DNA of 64,000 nt from contig JBAYJX010000001.1 of the NCBI GenBank assembly GCA_041664905.1, forward strand, positions 3,063 through 67,062, in the 5' to 3' direction. A model generated the notes under the pieces. It made no database searches. It worked only from the letters and a program-made list of their open reading frames with translations, and was not told the origin of the DNA. A program made the position numbers and the translations under genes. The stretch comes from an archaeon. Its GTDB lineage: Archaea; Iainarchaeota; Iainarchaeia; Iainarchaeales; JAAZKV01. Positions 1 to 9,102 of this stretch are shown in pieces; position 1 is the stretch's first letter, and each line of letters starts with the position of its first letter.

Positions 1-34
1 TATGCAAAAGCGCTAAATTTGTAGGAGAAACAAA

Positions 35-112
35 ATGCAACAAATACTTCAAAGCTTACTCAAAAAGCACTTGGAAAAAATCCAGTGTTTTTTGACTAAA
101 GCAATGAATTAA
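35..112 (+). CDS. possible 25-aa small ORF upstream of trpE (no Trp codons)
   Basis: AGGAGA SD-like motif then ATG; reads MQQILQSLLKKHLEKIQCFLTKAMN*. Confidence 0.3.
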   Translation: MQQILQSLLKKHLEKIQCFLTKAMN

Positions 113-155
113 AAAAGTAAGAGAAAAAGGAATATTTGTAAACGGTGAACAAAAG

Positions 156-1637
156 ATGAAAATTAACATAACTGAACAAACAAAGGAAGTAAAATACGAA
201 AACCCTTTTGAGTTATACAAAAAACTCAGCAATAATGGAAATTACTTGAGTTTACTAATGGAATCAAAATCACCAAACCAAAAATACGAGAGAAAAAGCA
301 TTATTGCCGATTGTGTTGCAATAAAAATAATTGGAAAAGGAGAAGAATTTAGAATAATTGGACTTAACAAAACCGGAGAAGAAATACTTTTACAATTTAA
401 ACAAACAGATTTTAATTATTCAGAAAATTATAAACAAACAAATACAGAGATTACCGGAATTGTAAGAAAACAAGAAAATGATGAACTTAGTGAAGAAGAT
501 AATACAAAACTACAAAATATTTCAACAGTAATAAAAACAATACTTGCAAAATTTAACTCAACAAATCCATATGTTGGACTTTATGGAGTATTTGCTTATG
601 ATTTTGCAAAAAACTTTTACAAAGTAGAGGAAAGACTAAAAGATGAAGAACACAAGGATTTTGAATTATTTATCCCTGCAAGGATTCATGTTTTGTATGA
701 TGATGAGAAAAGAGCAGAAATAATCGAGCTTGGCTTTTGCGGAAAAAACTTTACTGCATGCACTCAAAAAAATGAATTTGAATTTACTAAACAAAAATCC
801 TCCTCTAAAACAGATCTTAGCGACGAAGAATACAAAACTCGCGTTGAGAAAGTAGTGGCAGATATAAAAAACGGAAGAGCAATGCAATGCGTATTATCAA
901 GAAACACCACTATCGCATTAGAAAAACACCCGTTTGAATCCTATACAAATTTAAGAGAAACAAACCCTGCACCATATTCATTTTATTACAACTTAGGAGA
1001 AAATGAAATATTATATGGAGCTTCTCCAGAAATGCATATTAGAATAGATGACACTTCTGGCGGAAAAGAAATACAAATAAGACCAATAGCAGGAACAATA
1101 ATGCGCTCAACTAATCCCTTAGAAGATGCAGAAGCTAGAAGAAAATTAATGACTGATGAAAAAGAACTAAGAGAACACACAATGCTAGTTGATCTTGCAC
1201 GACACGAACTATACAAACTCTGTGAAATAAAAAGCGTAGAAGTAACTGATTTATTTACACTAGAACAATACCCAAATCTTTATCACTTGGTTTCTGGAGT
1301 TAGAGGAATACTAAAAAGAGATATGACCGCGATTGATGCACTACTAATAACTCTCCCCGCAGGCACTTTAAGCGGAGCCCCAAAAAAAGAGGCGATGAAA
1401 ATGATAGAACAATATGAAGCCTCAAGACGCGGATTTTATGGAGGGGCAAGCGGATTTATTTCATTCAATGGAACATGCAACACAGGAATAACTATTAGAT
1501 CAGTTCATGTAAGAAACAATTGTTCAGAAGTAAGAGGCGGAGCAGGGATAGTTGCGCTCTCAACCCCAGAAGCTGAATTAAATGAAATAAAACTAAAAAC
1601 AGCAAAAATGATGAGCGTTTTAGGTGAGAAAAAATGA
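156..1637 (+). CDS. trpE: anthranilate synthase component I
   Basis: LLMES, PAPY, ASPE, PIAGT, EHTMLVDLAR, PAGTLSGAPK, RRGFYGG, GAGIV motifs; operon with trpG/trpD. Confidence 0.95.
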   Translation: MKINITEQTKEVKYENPFELYKKLSNNGNYLSLLMESKSPNQKYERKSIIADCVAIKIIGKGEEFRIIGLNKTGEEILLQFKQTDFNYSENYKQTNTEITGIVRKQENDELSEEDNTKLQNISTVIKTILAKFNSTNPYVGLYGVFAYDFAKNFYKVEERLKDEEHKDFELFIPARIHVLYDDEKRAEIIELGFCGKNFTACTQKNEFEFTKQKSSSKTDLSDEEYKTRVEKVVADIKNGRAMQCVLSRNTTIALEKHPFESYTNLRETNPAPYSFYYNLGENEILYGASPEMHIRIDDTSGGKEIQIRPIAGTIMRSTNPLEDAEARRKLMTDEKELREHTMLVDLARHELYKLCEIKSVEVTDLFTLEQYPNLYHLVSGVRGILKRDMTAIDALLITLPAGTLSGAPKKEAMKMIEQYEASRRGFYGGASGFISFNGTCNTGITIRSVHVRNNCSEVRGGAGIVALSTPEAELNEIKLKTAKMMSVLGEKK

Positions 1638-2203
1638 AAATAGTATTCATAGACAACTTTGATTCATTTGCAGACACAATCAAAGCATACTTCATTAATG
1701 CAGGAGCAGAAGTAAAAATGTATAATAGTAACTGCTCAATAAGCACAATTGAAAAAGAAAAACCTAATATGATACTACTTGGACCAGGACCGAATGGACC
1801 AAGAGAAGCAGGAAATTACTTGAAAGTAATAGAACACTTTCACAAAACAACACCAATATTTGGAATATGCCTTGGTTTTCAAGCAATAATGGAATATTTT
1901 GGGGAAACTGTAAAACCACTAAAAGAAGTAATGCACGGACAGGCATGCGAAGTAGAGCATGACGGAAAAACTATATTTAATGGAATAAAACCAAAGCAAA
2001 AATTTGCAAGATACAATTCACTCGGAGTACTAAAAGTACCAGAATCATTTGAGGTATCTGCTAGGGCAGGAGAAATAGTTATGGCTGCAAGACACAAAAC
2101 ACTTAAAATCGAAGGAGTACAATTTCATCCAGAATCAATACTCTCAATGCATGATGAAGCTGGAAAAAAACTTATTGAAAATATAGTAAGGGGATTAAAA
2201 TGA
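1634..2203 (+). CDS. trpG: anthranilate synthase component II (class I glutamine amidotransferase)
   Basis: IDNFDSF, GPGP, GICLG, QFHPES; 4-nt overlap with trpE. Confidence 0.95.
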   Translation: MKIVFIDNFDSFADTIKAYFINAGAEVKMYNSNCSISTIEKEKPNMILLGPGPNGPREAGNYLKVIEHFHKTTPIFGICLGFQAIMEYFGETVKPLKEVMHGQACEVEHDGKTIFNGIKPKQKFARYNSLGVLKVPESFEVSARAGEIVMAARHKTLKIEGVQFHPESILSMHDEAGKKLIENIVRGLK

Positions 2204-3213
2204 AAGAAATACTAAAAAAACTAATACGAAAAGAAGACCTTAACGAAACAGATGTTGAGGACATTGTTTCAAACATTGAACAAAATACTTTTGTTCCAAA
2301 CCAACTCGCAGGAATACTTTGCGCACTTGAAACAAAAAAACCCACTCCTAATGAAATTACTTACTTTGTTGAAAAATTAATAAAAAAAGCAGAAACTATT
2401 AACCTTGGCGAAGATTGCATTGATGTATGCGGAACTGGGGGAGATGAAAAAAATACATTTAACATTTCAACCGCAACAATGTTTGTTGCTGCCGGAGCTG
2501 GCGCAAAACTAGCAAAACATGGAAACAAAGCAGTTTCATCAAACAGCGGAAGCTTTGATGTCCTTGAGGCTCTTGGAGTAAATACTCTAAACCTTACAAA
2601 AGATCCTAAGAAAGTTATGAAAAAAACAGGAATTGCTTTTTTATTTGCACAAAAACATCACCCAATATTCAAAAACATAGGCCCCTTGCGAAAAGAATTA
2701 GGGGTAAAAACAATATTCAATCTCCTGGGCCCACTACTAAATCCAAGCCGAGTAAAAAAACAATTAATGGGAGTATTTAATAGTGAATTAACAGAAACGG
2801 TTGCAGAGGTAATGAAAAAAACTGGAGTACAACGCGCAATGGTTGTTAACGGAGAAGGACTTGATGAAATAACAATAACAGGAAAAACAAAAATTACACA
2901 ATTAAATGAGGGAAAAATAACAACTACTTACTTTGATCCAAAAGAATATGGGTTTAATTATGCAAAAATAGAGGAGTTAAGGGCAAACACAAAAGAAGAA
3001 AGTGCAAAAATAATTTTATCAGTTCTAAAAGGAGAAAAATCAGCAAAGAGAAATGTGGTTGTGCTAAATGCTGCAGCAGCACTAATTGTGTCAGGAAAAA
3101 CAATGGATTTTAAAGAAGGAATAAAACTGGCGGAAAAATCAATAGATTCAGGAGCCGCATTAAAAAAACTTGAAGAACTAAAATTAATTACAAACGAAGA
3201 AGCAAAGGTATAA
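2200..3213 (+). CDS. trpD: anthranilate phosphoribosyltransferase
   Basis: DVCGTGGD, NTFNIST, KHGNKAVSS, GLDEI. Confidence 0.96.
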   Translation: MKEILKKLIRKEDLNETDVEDIVSNIEQNTFVPNQLAGILCALETKKPTPNEITYFVEKLIKKAETINLGEDCIDVCGTGGDEKNTFNISTATMFVAAGAGAKLAKHGNKAVSSNSGSFDVLEALGVNTLNLTKDPKKVMKKTGIAFLFAQKHHPIFKNIGPLRKELGVKTIFNLLGPLLNPSRVKKQLMGVFNSELTETVAEVMKKTGVQRAMVVNGEGLDEITITGKTKITQLNEGKITTTYFDPKEYGFNYAKIEELRANTKEESAKIILSVLKGEKSAKRNVVVLNAAAALIVSGKTMDFKEGIKLAEKSIDSGAALKKLEELKLITNEEAKV

Positions 3214-3277
3214 AAGAAAACAATGCGTGATGATAAGTAAGGATTTGCCAAAATTAATACAAAAAATGTTGATGTTT

Positions 3278-4381
3278 ATGACTGAAAAAAAACCTATTAT
3301 TGATCCATGGGGAAAAGAACTCGTGGAAGATTACAATCGATTGATAAAAGAATTTGGAATGCAACCGTTTGATAATAATATTTTCCCAGAACCGAACTTA
3401 CAAATGCGAAGGGGAGTAAATTTTGGAATACAAGACGGAGAACAAATAGCGACAGCCATTCAAAACAAAAAACCGTTTTATGTACTAAGCGGGATAATGC
3501 CTTCAAGCGAAAAAATACACTTAGGAACTGAAACTGTAATCCAAAATATAAGATACTTTCAAGACCACGGAGCAAAAACATATGTACTTATCGCGGATGT
3601 TGAATCCCAAGCAACAAGAGGAGTTACACTTGAAGAAGGCAGAAAAAGAGCTCTGGAGTTTCACATACCCGCATACATTGCACTTGGACTTGATATTGAT
3701 AAAACAAATTTTTATTTACAAAGCGAAAACAAAGCAGTTTCAAACTTGGCAGTAATTTGCTCACAAAAAATAACTGAAAACGAGTTTAGAGCAATATATG
3801 GTTCAGTTCACCCGGCAAAAGTAATTAGTGCTTTTACTCAAATGGGAGATATACTTTACCCACAACTATCTGAAAAAATGCCAGGAATTATTCCAGTGGG
3901 AATTGATCAAGCGCCACACATTAGAATGGTGAGAGATGTTGCAAGAAGATTAAAGAGCGAATATGGTTTTTTCTTACCAAGTGCAATATACAACAAATAC
4001 ACTTCAGCACTTGATGGTTCATTTAAGATGAGTAAAAGCGGAGAAGCGATTGGAAAACTAGAAATCCCTGAAAAAGATTTGAACTTAATTGAAAAAAAAA
4101 TAAACAAAGCCCTAACAGGCGGTCGACCAACAAGAGAAGAACAAAGAGCCAAAGGCGGAGAAATAACTAAATGCGTTGTATATGAATACTGCAAAAACCA
4201 CTTTATTAAAGACGACAAAGTACTCTCTTTGATGTTTGAAGAATGCGTAAACGGCAAAAACCTTTGCGGAGAATGCAAAGCCAAGTACGGAGTACCTTAC
4301 GCTAAAAACTTTTACGAAGAATTCAACAAAAACTTTGCGAATGCAAAGAAAAATATTGGAAAAATTAAATTTGTAAAATAA
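3278..4381 (+). CDS. trpS: tryptophanyl-tRNA synthetase, archaeal type
   Basis: IDPWG start, SGIMPS..HLG, PVGIDQAPH, KMSKS, ALTGG, C-terminal C-x23-C-x6-C-x2-C; start refined to MTEKK (track gives 3227). Confidence 0.93.
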   Translation: MTEKKPIIDPWGKELVEDYNRLIKEFGMQPFDNNIFPEPNLQMRRGVNFGIQDGEQIATAIQNKKPFYVLSGIMPSSEKIHLGTETVIQNIRYFQDHGAKTYVLIADVESQATRGVTLEEGRKRALEFHIPAYIALGLDIDKTNFYLQSENKAVSNLAVICSQKITENEFRAIYGSVHPAKVISAFTQMGDILYPQLSEKMPGIIPVGIDQAPHIRMVRDVARRLKSEYGFFLPSAIYNKYTSALDGSFKMSKSGEAIGKLEIPEKDLNLIEKKINKALTGGRPTREEQRAKGGEITKCVVYEYCKNHFIKDDKVLSLMFEECVNGKNLCGECKAKYGVPYAKNFYEEFNKNFANAKKNIGKIKFVK

Positions 4382-4399
4382 CCCCCTCTGTGAAAGCCC

Positions 4400-5200
4400 A
4401 TGTCTAAAGGAAACCCACAAAATAATAGAACAATAACTACTAATGGGAACATGAGACAAAAAACTCCACAAAGAAAACCTCTTTTCCCAAATCAAACAAA
4501 AAAACCAAATTACTCTGCTCAAAGAGCCCAAAACAAACTAAGAGAAAACTTTGAACGAATGATAAAAAACCCAAATTTTCATATTGATGGAACAAGATTT
4601 GTAAAGGTGGCTGATAAAACTGGGTCAGGAGTAGATTATAGGTTAGGCAAAATAAAGTTTGATTTTAAATTTGGTTTTGGAGAACTAGGAGAAAGAACAA
4701 TCAAAGTCAGAATAGGAAACAAGAATAACCCTTCTGCAAAAAACCAGCTAGTAAACGAAGCCGATTGGATAATGGTAATGCATGAAAATAAAACAATAGA
4801 AATATTTTCAAAAAGTGCACTACAACAATATGTAAGAATGCAATTAGGAACAATAGCAAAAACAAGACAAATGAACCCATCTAAAAATTATGATACTTAT
4901 TCGGTAAAACTTGATGAACTCTATAGAATGCCGGGAGTTAGTAAAATAGTTGTAACTGGGCCAGAAAATTCTTCACCAACAATAAGAACGATGAAAAAAG
5001 CTCTGCGAAAAGTAGTACTACTACATGAAGGAAAATCAATAAAACACCCTAGCGTTGATACAACTTTCTCACTAAAACGAATGGCGGAACTTGAAGCCAG
5101 AAGAAAAGCATTCCTAACTAGACGAGGACAAAACACAACTCAAAAAAATAGATTAACTGGAAACTCAACTCGATTTAATATAAGAAGAGGAAGAAAATAA
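4400..5200 (+). CDS. basic hypothetical protein, PD-(D/E)xK-like core; paralog of next gene
   Basis: GVDY-x6-FDFKFGFGELG motif shared with 5252..5926; Arg-rich termini. Confidence 0.6.
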   Translation: MSKGNPQNNRTITTNGNMRQKTPQRKPLFPNQTKKPNYSAQRAQNKLRENFERMIKNPNFHIDGTRFVKVADKTGSGVDYRLGKIKFDFKFGFGELGERTIKVRIGNKNNPSAKNQLVNEADWIMVMHENKTIEIFSKSALQQYVRMQLGTIAKTRQMNPSKNYDTYSVKLDELYRMPGVSKIVVTGPENSSPTIRTMKKALRKVVLLHEGKSIKHPSVDTTFSLKRMAELEARRKAFLTRRGQNTTQKNRLTGNSTRFNIRRGRK

Positions 5201-5251
5201 TTACCAAAACAGCATAGCAAAAGAAATATAAATTGAGAAGCTGTATTAGGA

Positions 5252-5926
5252 ATGATGTTTGATCAAACACAAAGAGAATTTTTACCAGAACTTTTTTTTG
5301 AAATAACTCGCGCCAAAAACTGCAGGAAGTACTCATTTAGAAAAAAAATGAATAATGTTGACCCAATTTGTCTTGAACAAAATTACTTAAGAGAATACTT
5401 TAAAAAAATTCTTCCTGAAGAAATAAAAACAGTTGAAGATCCACGCTATGGAGTTGATTATGAATACAAAGGAACAACAATTGACCAAAAATTTTCTTTT
5501 GGAGAACTTGGAAATAATACAATAAAGATACGCGCAGCAAATAGGAAATTATTAAACAAATCTAACTGGACAATGGTTATTAATAAAGACTGCAAAATAG
5601 AACTTTTTGAAACAAAAAAATTGCACTTATTTGTAAAGAAAAACTGGGGACTTGTTCAAAAAAGGTTAGTTGAGAAAAAAAGAGAGTATTACTCCTATGC
5701 CATAAGACTTGATGATCTTTACAAATATGAAAAAGTAACCCCTATTGTTTGCGAGATTGAAAAAGAAAATTTTCAAAAAACTCTTGAAGAAATTTTAATA
5801 CAAACTAACACTCAACTCTTAGAAGAAACACTTGCTAGAAAAGAAACTATACTTAACCCAAGTAGACGAATATGCTTTGAACCTGCACTTGCATTACTCG
5901 CAAAACAACTCTTTAGCAAAAGTTAA
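5252..5926 (+). CDS. hypothetical protein, PD-(D/E)xK-like core; paralog of previous gene
   Basis: GVDY-x6-IDQKFSFGELG motif. Confidence 0.6.
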   Translation: MMFDQTQREFLPELFFEITRAKNCRKYSFRKKMNNVDPICLEQNYLREYFKKILPEEIKTVEDPRYGVDYEYKGTTIDQKFSFGELGNNTIKIRAANRKLLNKSNWTMVINKDCKIELFETKKLHLFVKKNWGLVQKRLVEKKREYYSYAIRLDDLYKYEKVTPIVCEIEKENFQKTLEEILIQTNTQLLEETLARKETILNPSRRICFEPALALLAKQLFSKS

Positions 5927-5950
5927 ATAAACAAACTCTCTAATTTTATC

Positions 5951-6454
5951 ATGAAAAACGCTGTGAGTCTAAGATCTGCCGAAGAAACTGATGCAGAGTT
6001 CTTCTACAACATGATGCAGGAAAAAGATTACCAAAAATATTACTTGCAAAGATTAGTTGCGAAAAGTATTGAAGAAGAAAAACAAAAAATAGAGAAATAT
6101 AAAAAACAAAGCGAGAAAAAAACAAGGTACTACTTTACAATCCTTTTTGACAAACAACCCGCGGGACTAATTGACATTTACAAAATAAGTTTAGAGGATA
6201 AGCGCTGCTCAATTGGATACGGAGTTACAAGCAAGTACTGGAAAAAAGGAATTGCCTCAAAAGCAGTAAAGCTAGCAATTAAATTTGCAAAAAAACAAGG
6301 ATTGCATTCATGCGAAGCCACTGTTGACCCAAAAAATACTGCAAGCAAAAAAGTTTTAGAGAAGAACGGGTTTAAAAAAATAGGGCTAGTAAAAGATTAC
6401 TATTATGAGAATAAAAAATATTGGAATATTGAATTGTATTGGAAAATACTTTAG
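5951..6454 (+). CDS. GNAT acetyltransferase, RimJ/RimL family
   Basis: IGY..YWKKGIAS, NTASKKVLEKNGF. Confidence 0.9.
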   Translation: MKNAVSLRSAEETDAEFFYNMMQEKDYQKYYLQRLVAKSIEEEKQKIEKYKKQSEKKTRYYFTILFDKQPAGLIDIYKISLEDKRCSIGYGVTSKYWKKGIASKAVKLAIKFAKKQGLHSCEATVDPKNTASKKVLEKNGFKKIGLVKDYYYENKKYWNIELYWKIL

Positions 6455-7330
6455 GTGAAAGAGATGGAAACACTAAAACTACAAGGTGAACTAATTGAAT
6501 TCACTACAAAAGATGGGGTGACTTTAAACGGATTTATACAAAAATCAAAACCCAACAATAAATCAATTGTGATTCATCAGCACGGGCTTAGCGGAAACTT
6601 TTATTACAGCACACTCGCATTTGATCTTCCGCTTGGACTTACCGGAACCAAATATGATTTCTTTAGCAGTAATAATCGCGGAAGCGGATTAATTACTAGA
6701 TTTAAAACTAAACAAGGAAAGAAAACAATAGGAACAGCTTTTGAGAAATTTGAAGATTGCGTGTTTGATATTGATGCCGCAATAAAAGTAGCACAAGAAA
6801 GAGGATACAAAGAAATAGTACTATCAGGACAAAGTACAGGCTGCCAAAAAATAGCTTATTATCAATCAAAAACCCAAAGCAAAAAAATTAAAGCACTGCT
6901 TCTTCTTGCGCCCGGCGATGATTACAATAGCCAGAAAATGGAATTAGGGAAAAAATTTGTAAAAGTAATAAAACTTGCAAAAAAAATGGTTGCAACCAAA
7001 AAAGGAAATAGTTTCTTACCGCCATTAGGTTACCTATTTACCGCAAAACGCTACCTAAGCAACGCGGGCGAGAAAAGCAATGAAGCACAATTGTTTAATT
7101 ATGCAGGAAAACTCAATCTTTTTTCAAAAATAAAAATTCCAATGCTAGCAATGTTTGGTTCAAAAGAAAAATACTTGGAAAGAACTCCTGCCGAAGCACT
7201 ACAAAAGCTAAGAGAAGTAACTAAATCAAAGAAACTTATTACTGTTGAAGTGGCTGGAGCAAATCACCAGTTCCAAGGGTACGAAGATGAAGCCGTTGAG
7301 AACATAATTGCTTTTTTAAACACCCTTTAA
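6455..7330 (+). CDS. alpha/beta hydrolase (DUF1749-like)
   Basis: HGLSGNF, GQSTGCQ nucleophile elbow, GANH. Confidence 0.85.
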   Translation: MKEMETLKLQGELIEFTTKDGVTLNGFIQKSKPNNKSIVIHQHGLSGNFYYSTLAFDLPLGLTGTKYDFFSSNNRGSGLITRFKTKQGKKTIGTAFEKFEDCVFDIDAAIKVAQERGYKEIVLSGQSTGCQKIAYYQSKTQSKKIKALLLLAPGDDYNSQKMELGKKFVKVIKLAKKMVATKKGNSFLPPLGYLFTAKRYLSNAGEKSNEAQLFNYAGKLNLFSKIKIPMLAMFGSKEKYLERTPAEALQKLREVTKSKKLITVEVAGANHQFQGYEDEAVENIIAFLNTL

Positions 7331-7401
7331 GCAAAATCCAAAATATCTGCAATGCCAGAACTTAAAGTATTAAATACCACTTTAGACCCATTCATAGCAC
7401 T

Positions 7402-7758
7402 ATGAAACACAATAATTCTGCCATGCCAGATTTGTTAGGGCTTAAGGATATAGAAAAAAGTGCCTATGCCTTTGTCTTAGATAATTGGCCTTCTACCCCG
7501 CTTGAAATAGCAGAACAATTCAAAGAAGATCTTTCAAGTCGAGAGAAAAAACGAAGAGCAAGCACCAAGTATGCTTATTATTTGAAAAAATTAATCGAAA
7601 AAAAACTCCTTTTATCAAAAAAAGCAGGTAACAGTATAATTGTTTGGCCAGTAATGGTTGAAAAATACAGAGCAATACATGATATCCTCCAACAACACGA
7701 ACCAGAACACCTAGACATATTATACCACAAACACAAAGAAGGTGAAAGAAATGCTTAA
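7402..7758 (+). CDS. winged-helix-like putative regulator
   Basis: STPLEIAE..YYLKKLIEKKLL..K pattern; overlaps V4R gene. Confidence 0.55.
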   Translation: MKHNNSAMPDLLGLKDIEKSAYAFVLDNWPSTPLEIAEQFKEDLSSREKKRRASTKYAYYLKKLIEKKLLLSKKAGNSIIVWPVMVEKYRAIHDILQQHEPEHLDILYHKHKEGERNA

Positions 7759-8314
7759 CTCATTCTTTGACAAATTCATATTCACTAGCACCCTAAAATA
7801 CACTCACAATAACTTTTACCTACTTGATATCCCATTTGTAATAGCGCCAATAGAATCACTTGTTGGACTTGCAGGAGTACAAGACAATGAATTTTTGAAA
7901 AGAATTTATACAGAAGTTAAAAAAAGCACAAATGAAAAACTAATGAAAGATTTTGGAACAAATTTTGGAATAGAACAAAAAAAAGAACTAGATCTTGTCG
8001 AAACATTCTTTACCGCATCAGGATGGGGACAAATCCAAAACATTGATGTAGAAGCTGATGGCAAAAGAGCAATAATTGTACTTGACAACTCCCCATTTGC
8101 TGCAGAGTTAAAAGGAAAAACACAAGTTGCTGCAGATACATTTTTGCGCGGAGCACTAGCAGGAATATTTTGTAAAATATTTAATGAAGATATTGACTGC
8201 GTAGAAGTAGAATGCGCAGCACTAAACTTTGAAAGATGCAAATTTATAATCAAACCAAAAACAGAGTTTGATTTTACTAACAAAATAGTTCAAGACCAAC
8301 TAAGTCACGAATAA
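7742..8314 (+). CDS. stand-alone V4R (4-vinyl reductase) domain protein
   Basis: SGWG, NSPFA, RGALAGIF, EVECAA..RCKF. Confidence 0.85.
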   Translation: MKEMLNSFFDKFIFTSTLKYTHNNFYLLDIPFVIAPIESLVGLAGVQDNEFLKRIYTEVKKSTNEKLMKDFGTNFGIEQKKELDLVETFFTASGWGQIQNIDVEADGKRAIIVLDNSPFAAELKGKTQVAADTFLRGALAGIFCKIFNEDIDCVEVECAALNFERCKFIIKPKTEFDFTNKIVQDQLSHE

Positions 8315-8366
8315 AAAAAAGTGATAGTCCAAATAAATGAATTAATACAAAAACAAATTAAATTTG

Positions 8367-9092
8367 TTAATTAATTCCTTGTTCTGCTTTTAATTTTTCG
8401 TGTATCTCTGCAGAAACTTTAAATGCTATTACAAATAAATCATTCCAAAGCTTTGTCTTTAATTTTTTTGCTTCGCTTTTATCAGGCATTCTCCCGTACA
8501 TCACCTCATAATAATACTTTGTTAAATCATCGCAAAATTTATTGGATTCAGATACAATCTGGTTAATTTCTTTCTTTGAAACCCCAGTTCTTATCTTTTC
8601 AGGTTGACCAATAGTTGCTTGACCCAAATCAAGAACAATTATTTCTCCTTCGGCAGAAACGGCAAAATTTCCCATGTGAGGATGCCAGTGAATTATTTCC
8701 AAAGTAGACATTTTTGCAAAAGTCTCCTGCAAATTTCTTATTATTTTTGCCGGAGACTTTCTAAATATTTTCTTCCCTTCATGAGAAGCTAAACAAGTCC
8801 CTTCTCTTTGAAATAATGCTCTTCCCGTACCAAGTTCCATTAAAACTTTTTCTGCTCTTACACCCCACTTTCCTAAAACAGCCCTTATTCTTTTATTTCT
8901 TGCACTCAAGGGTTTTGTAAAATAATCAGATTCAGCAGCAAGCATTCGTAATGCTGCCCCTTTTAGTCGAGGCGAAAGACCATTTTTGAGCCGAGTCCCT
9001 TCTAAAACAAAAGCTTTTGTTCCACGATGAATATATCCTCTTTTTGATCTCTGGCTGAAACTTACTGTTTTTGGAATCAGAAGTTTCGCCAA
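8367..9092 (-). CDS. basic protein-kinase-like (RIO/Kdo-like) orphan with atypical catalytic loop
   Basis: IIHWHPHMGNF..IIVLDLG; TTG start with GGTGTGA SD. Confidence 0.55.
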   Translation of the reverse strand: MAKLLIPKTVSFSQRSKRGYIHRGTKAFVLEGTRLKNGLSPRLKGAALRMLAAESDYFTKPLSARNKRIRAVLGKWGVRAEKVLMELGTGRALFQREGTCLASHEGKKIFRKSPAKIIRNLQETFAKMSTLEIIHWHPHMGNFAVSAEGEIIVLDLGQATIGQPEKIRTGVSKKEINQIVSESNKFCDDLTKYYYEVMYGRMPDKSEAKKLKTKLWNDLFVIAFKVSAEIHEKLKAEQGIN

Positions 9093-9102
9093 AGTATCAC
9101 AC

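Noticed and set aside
35..112. trp attenuator leader peptide
   Set aside because: No Trp codons and no evident terminator/antiterminator stems.
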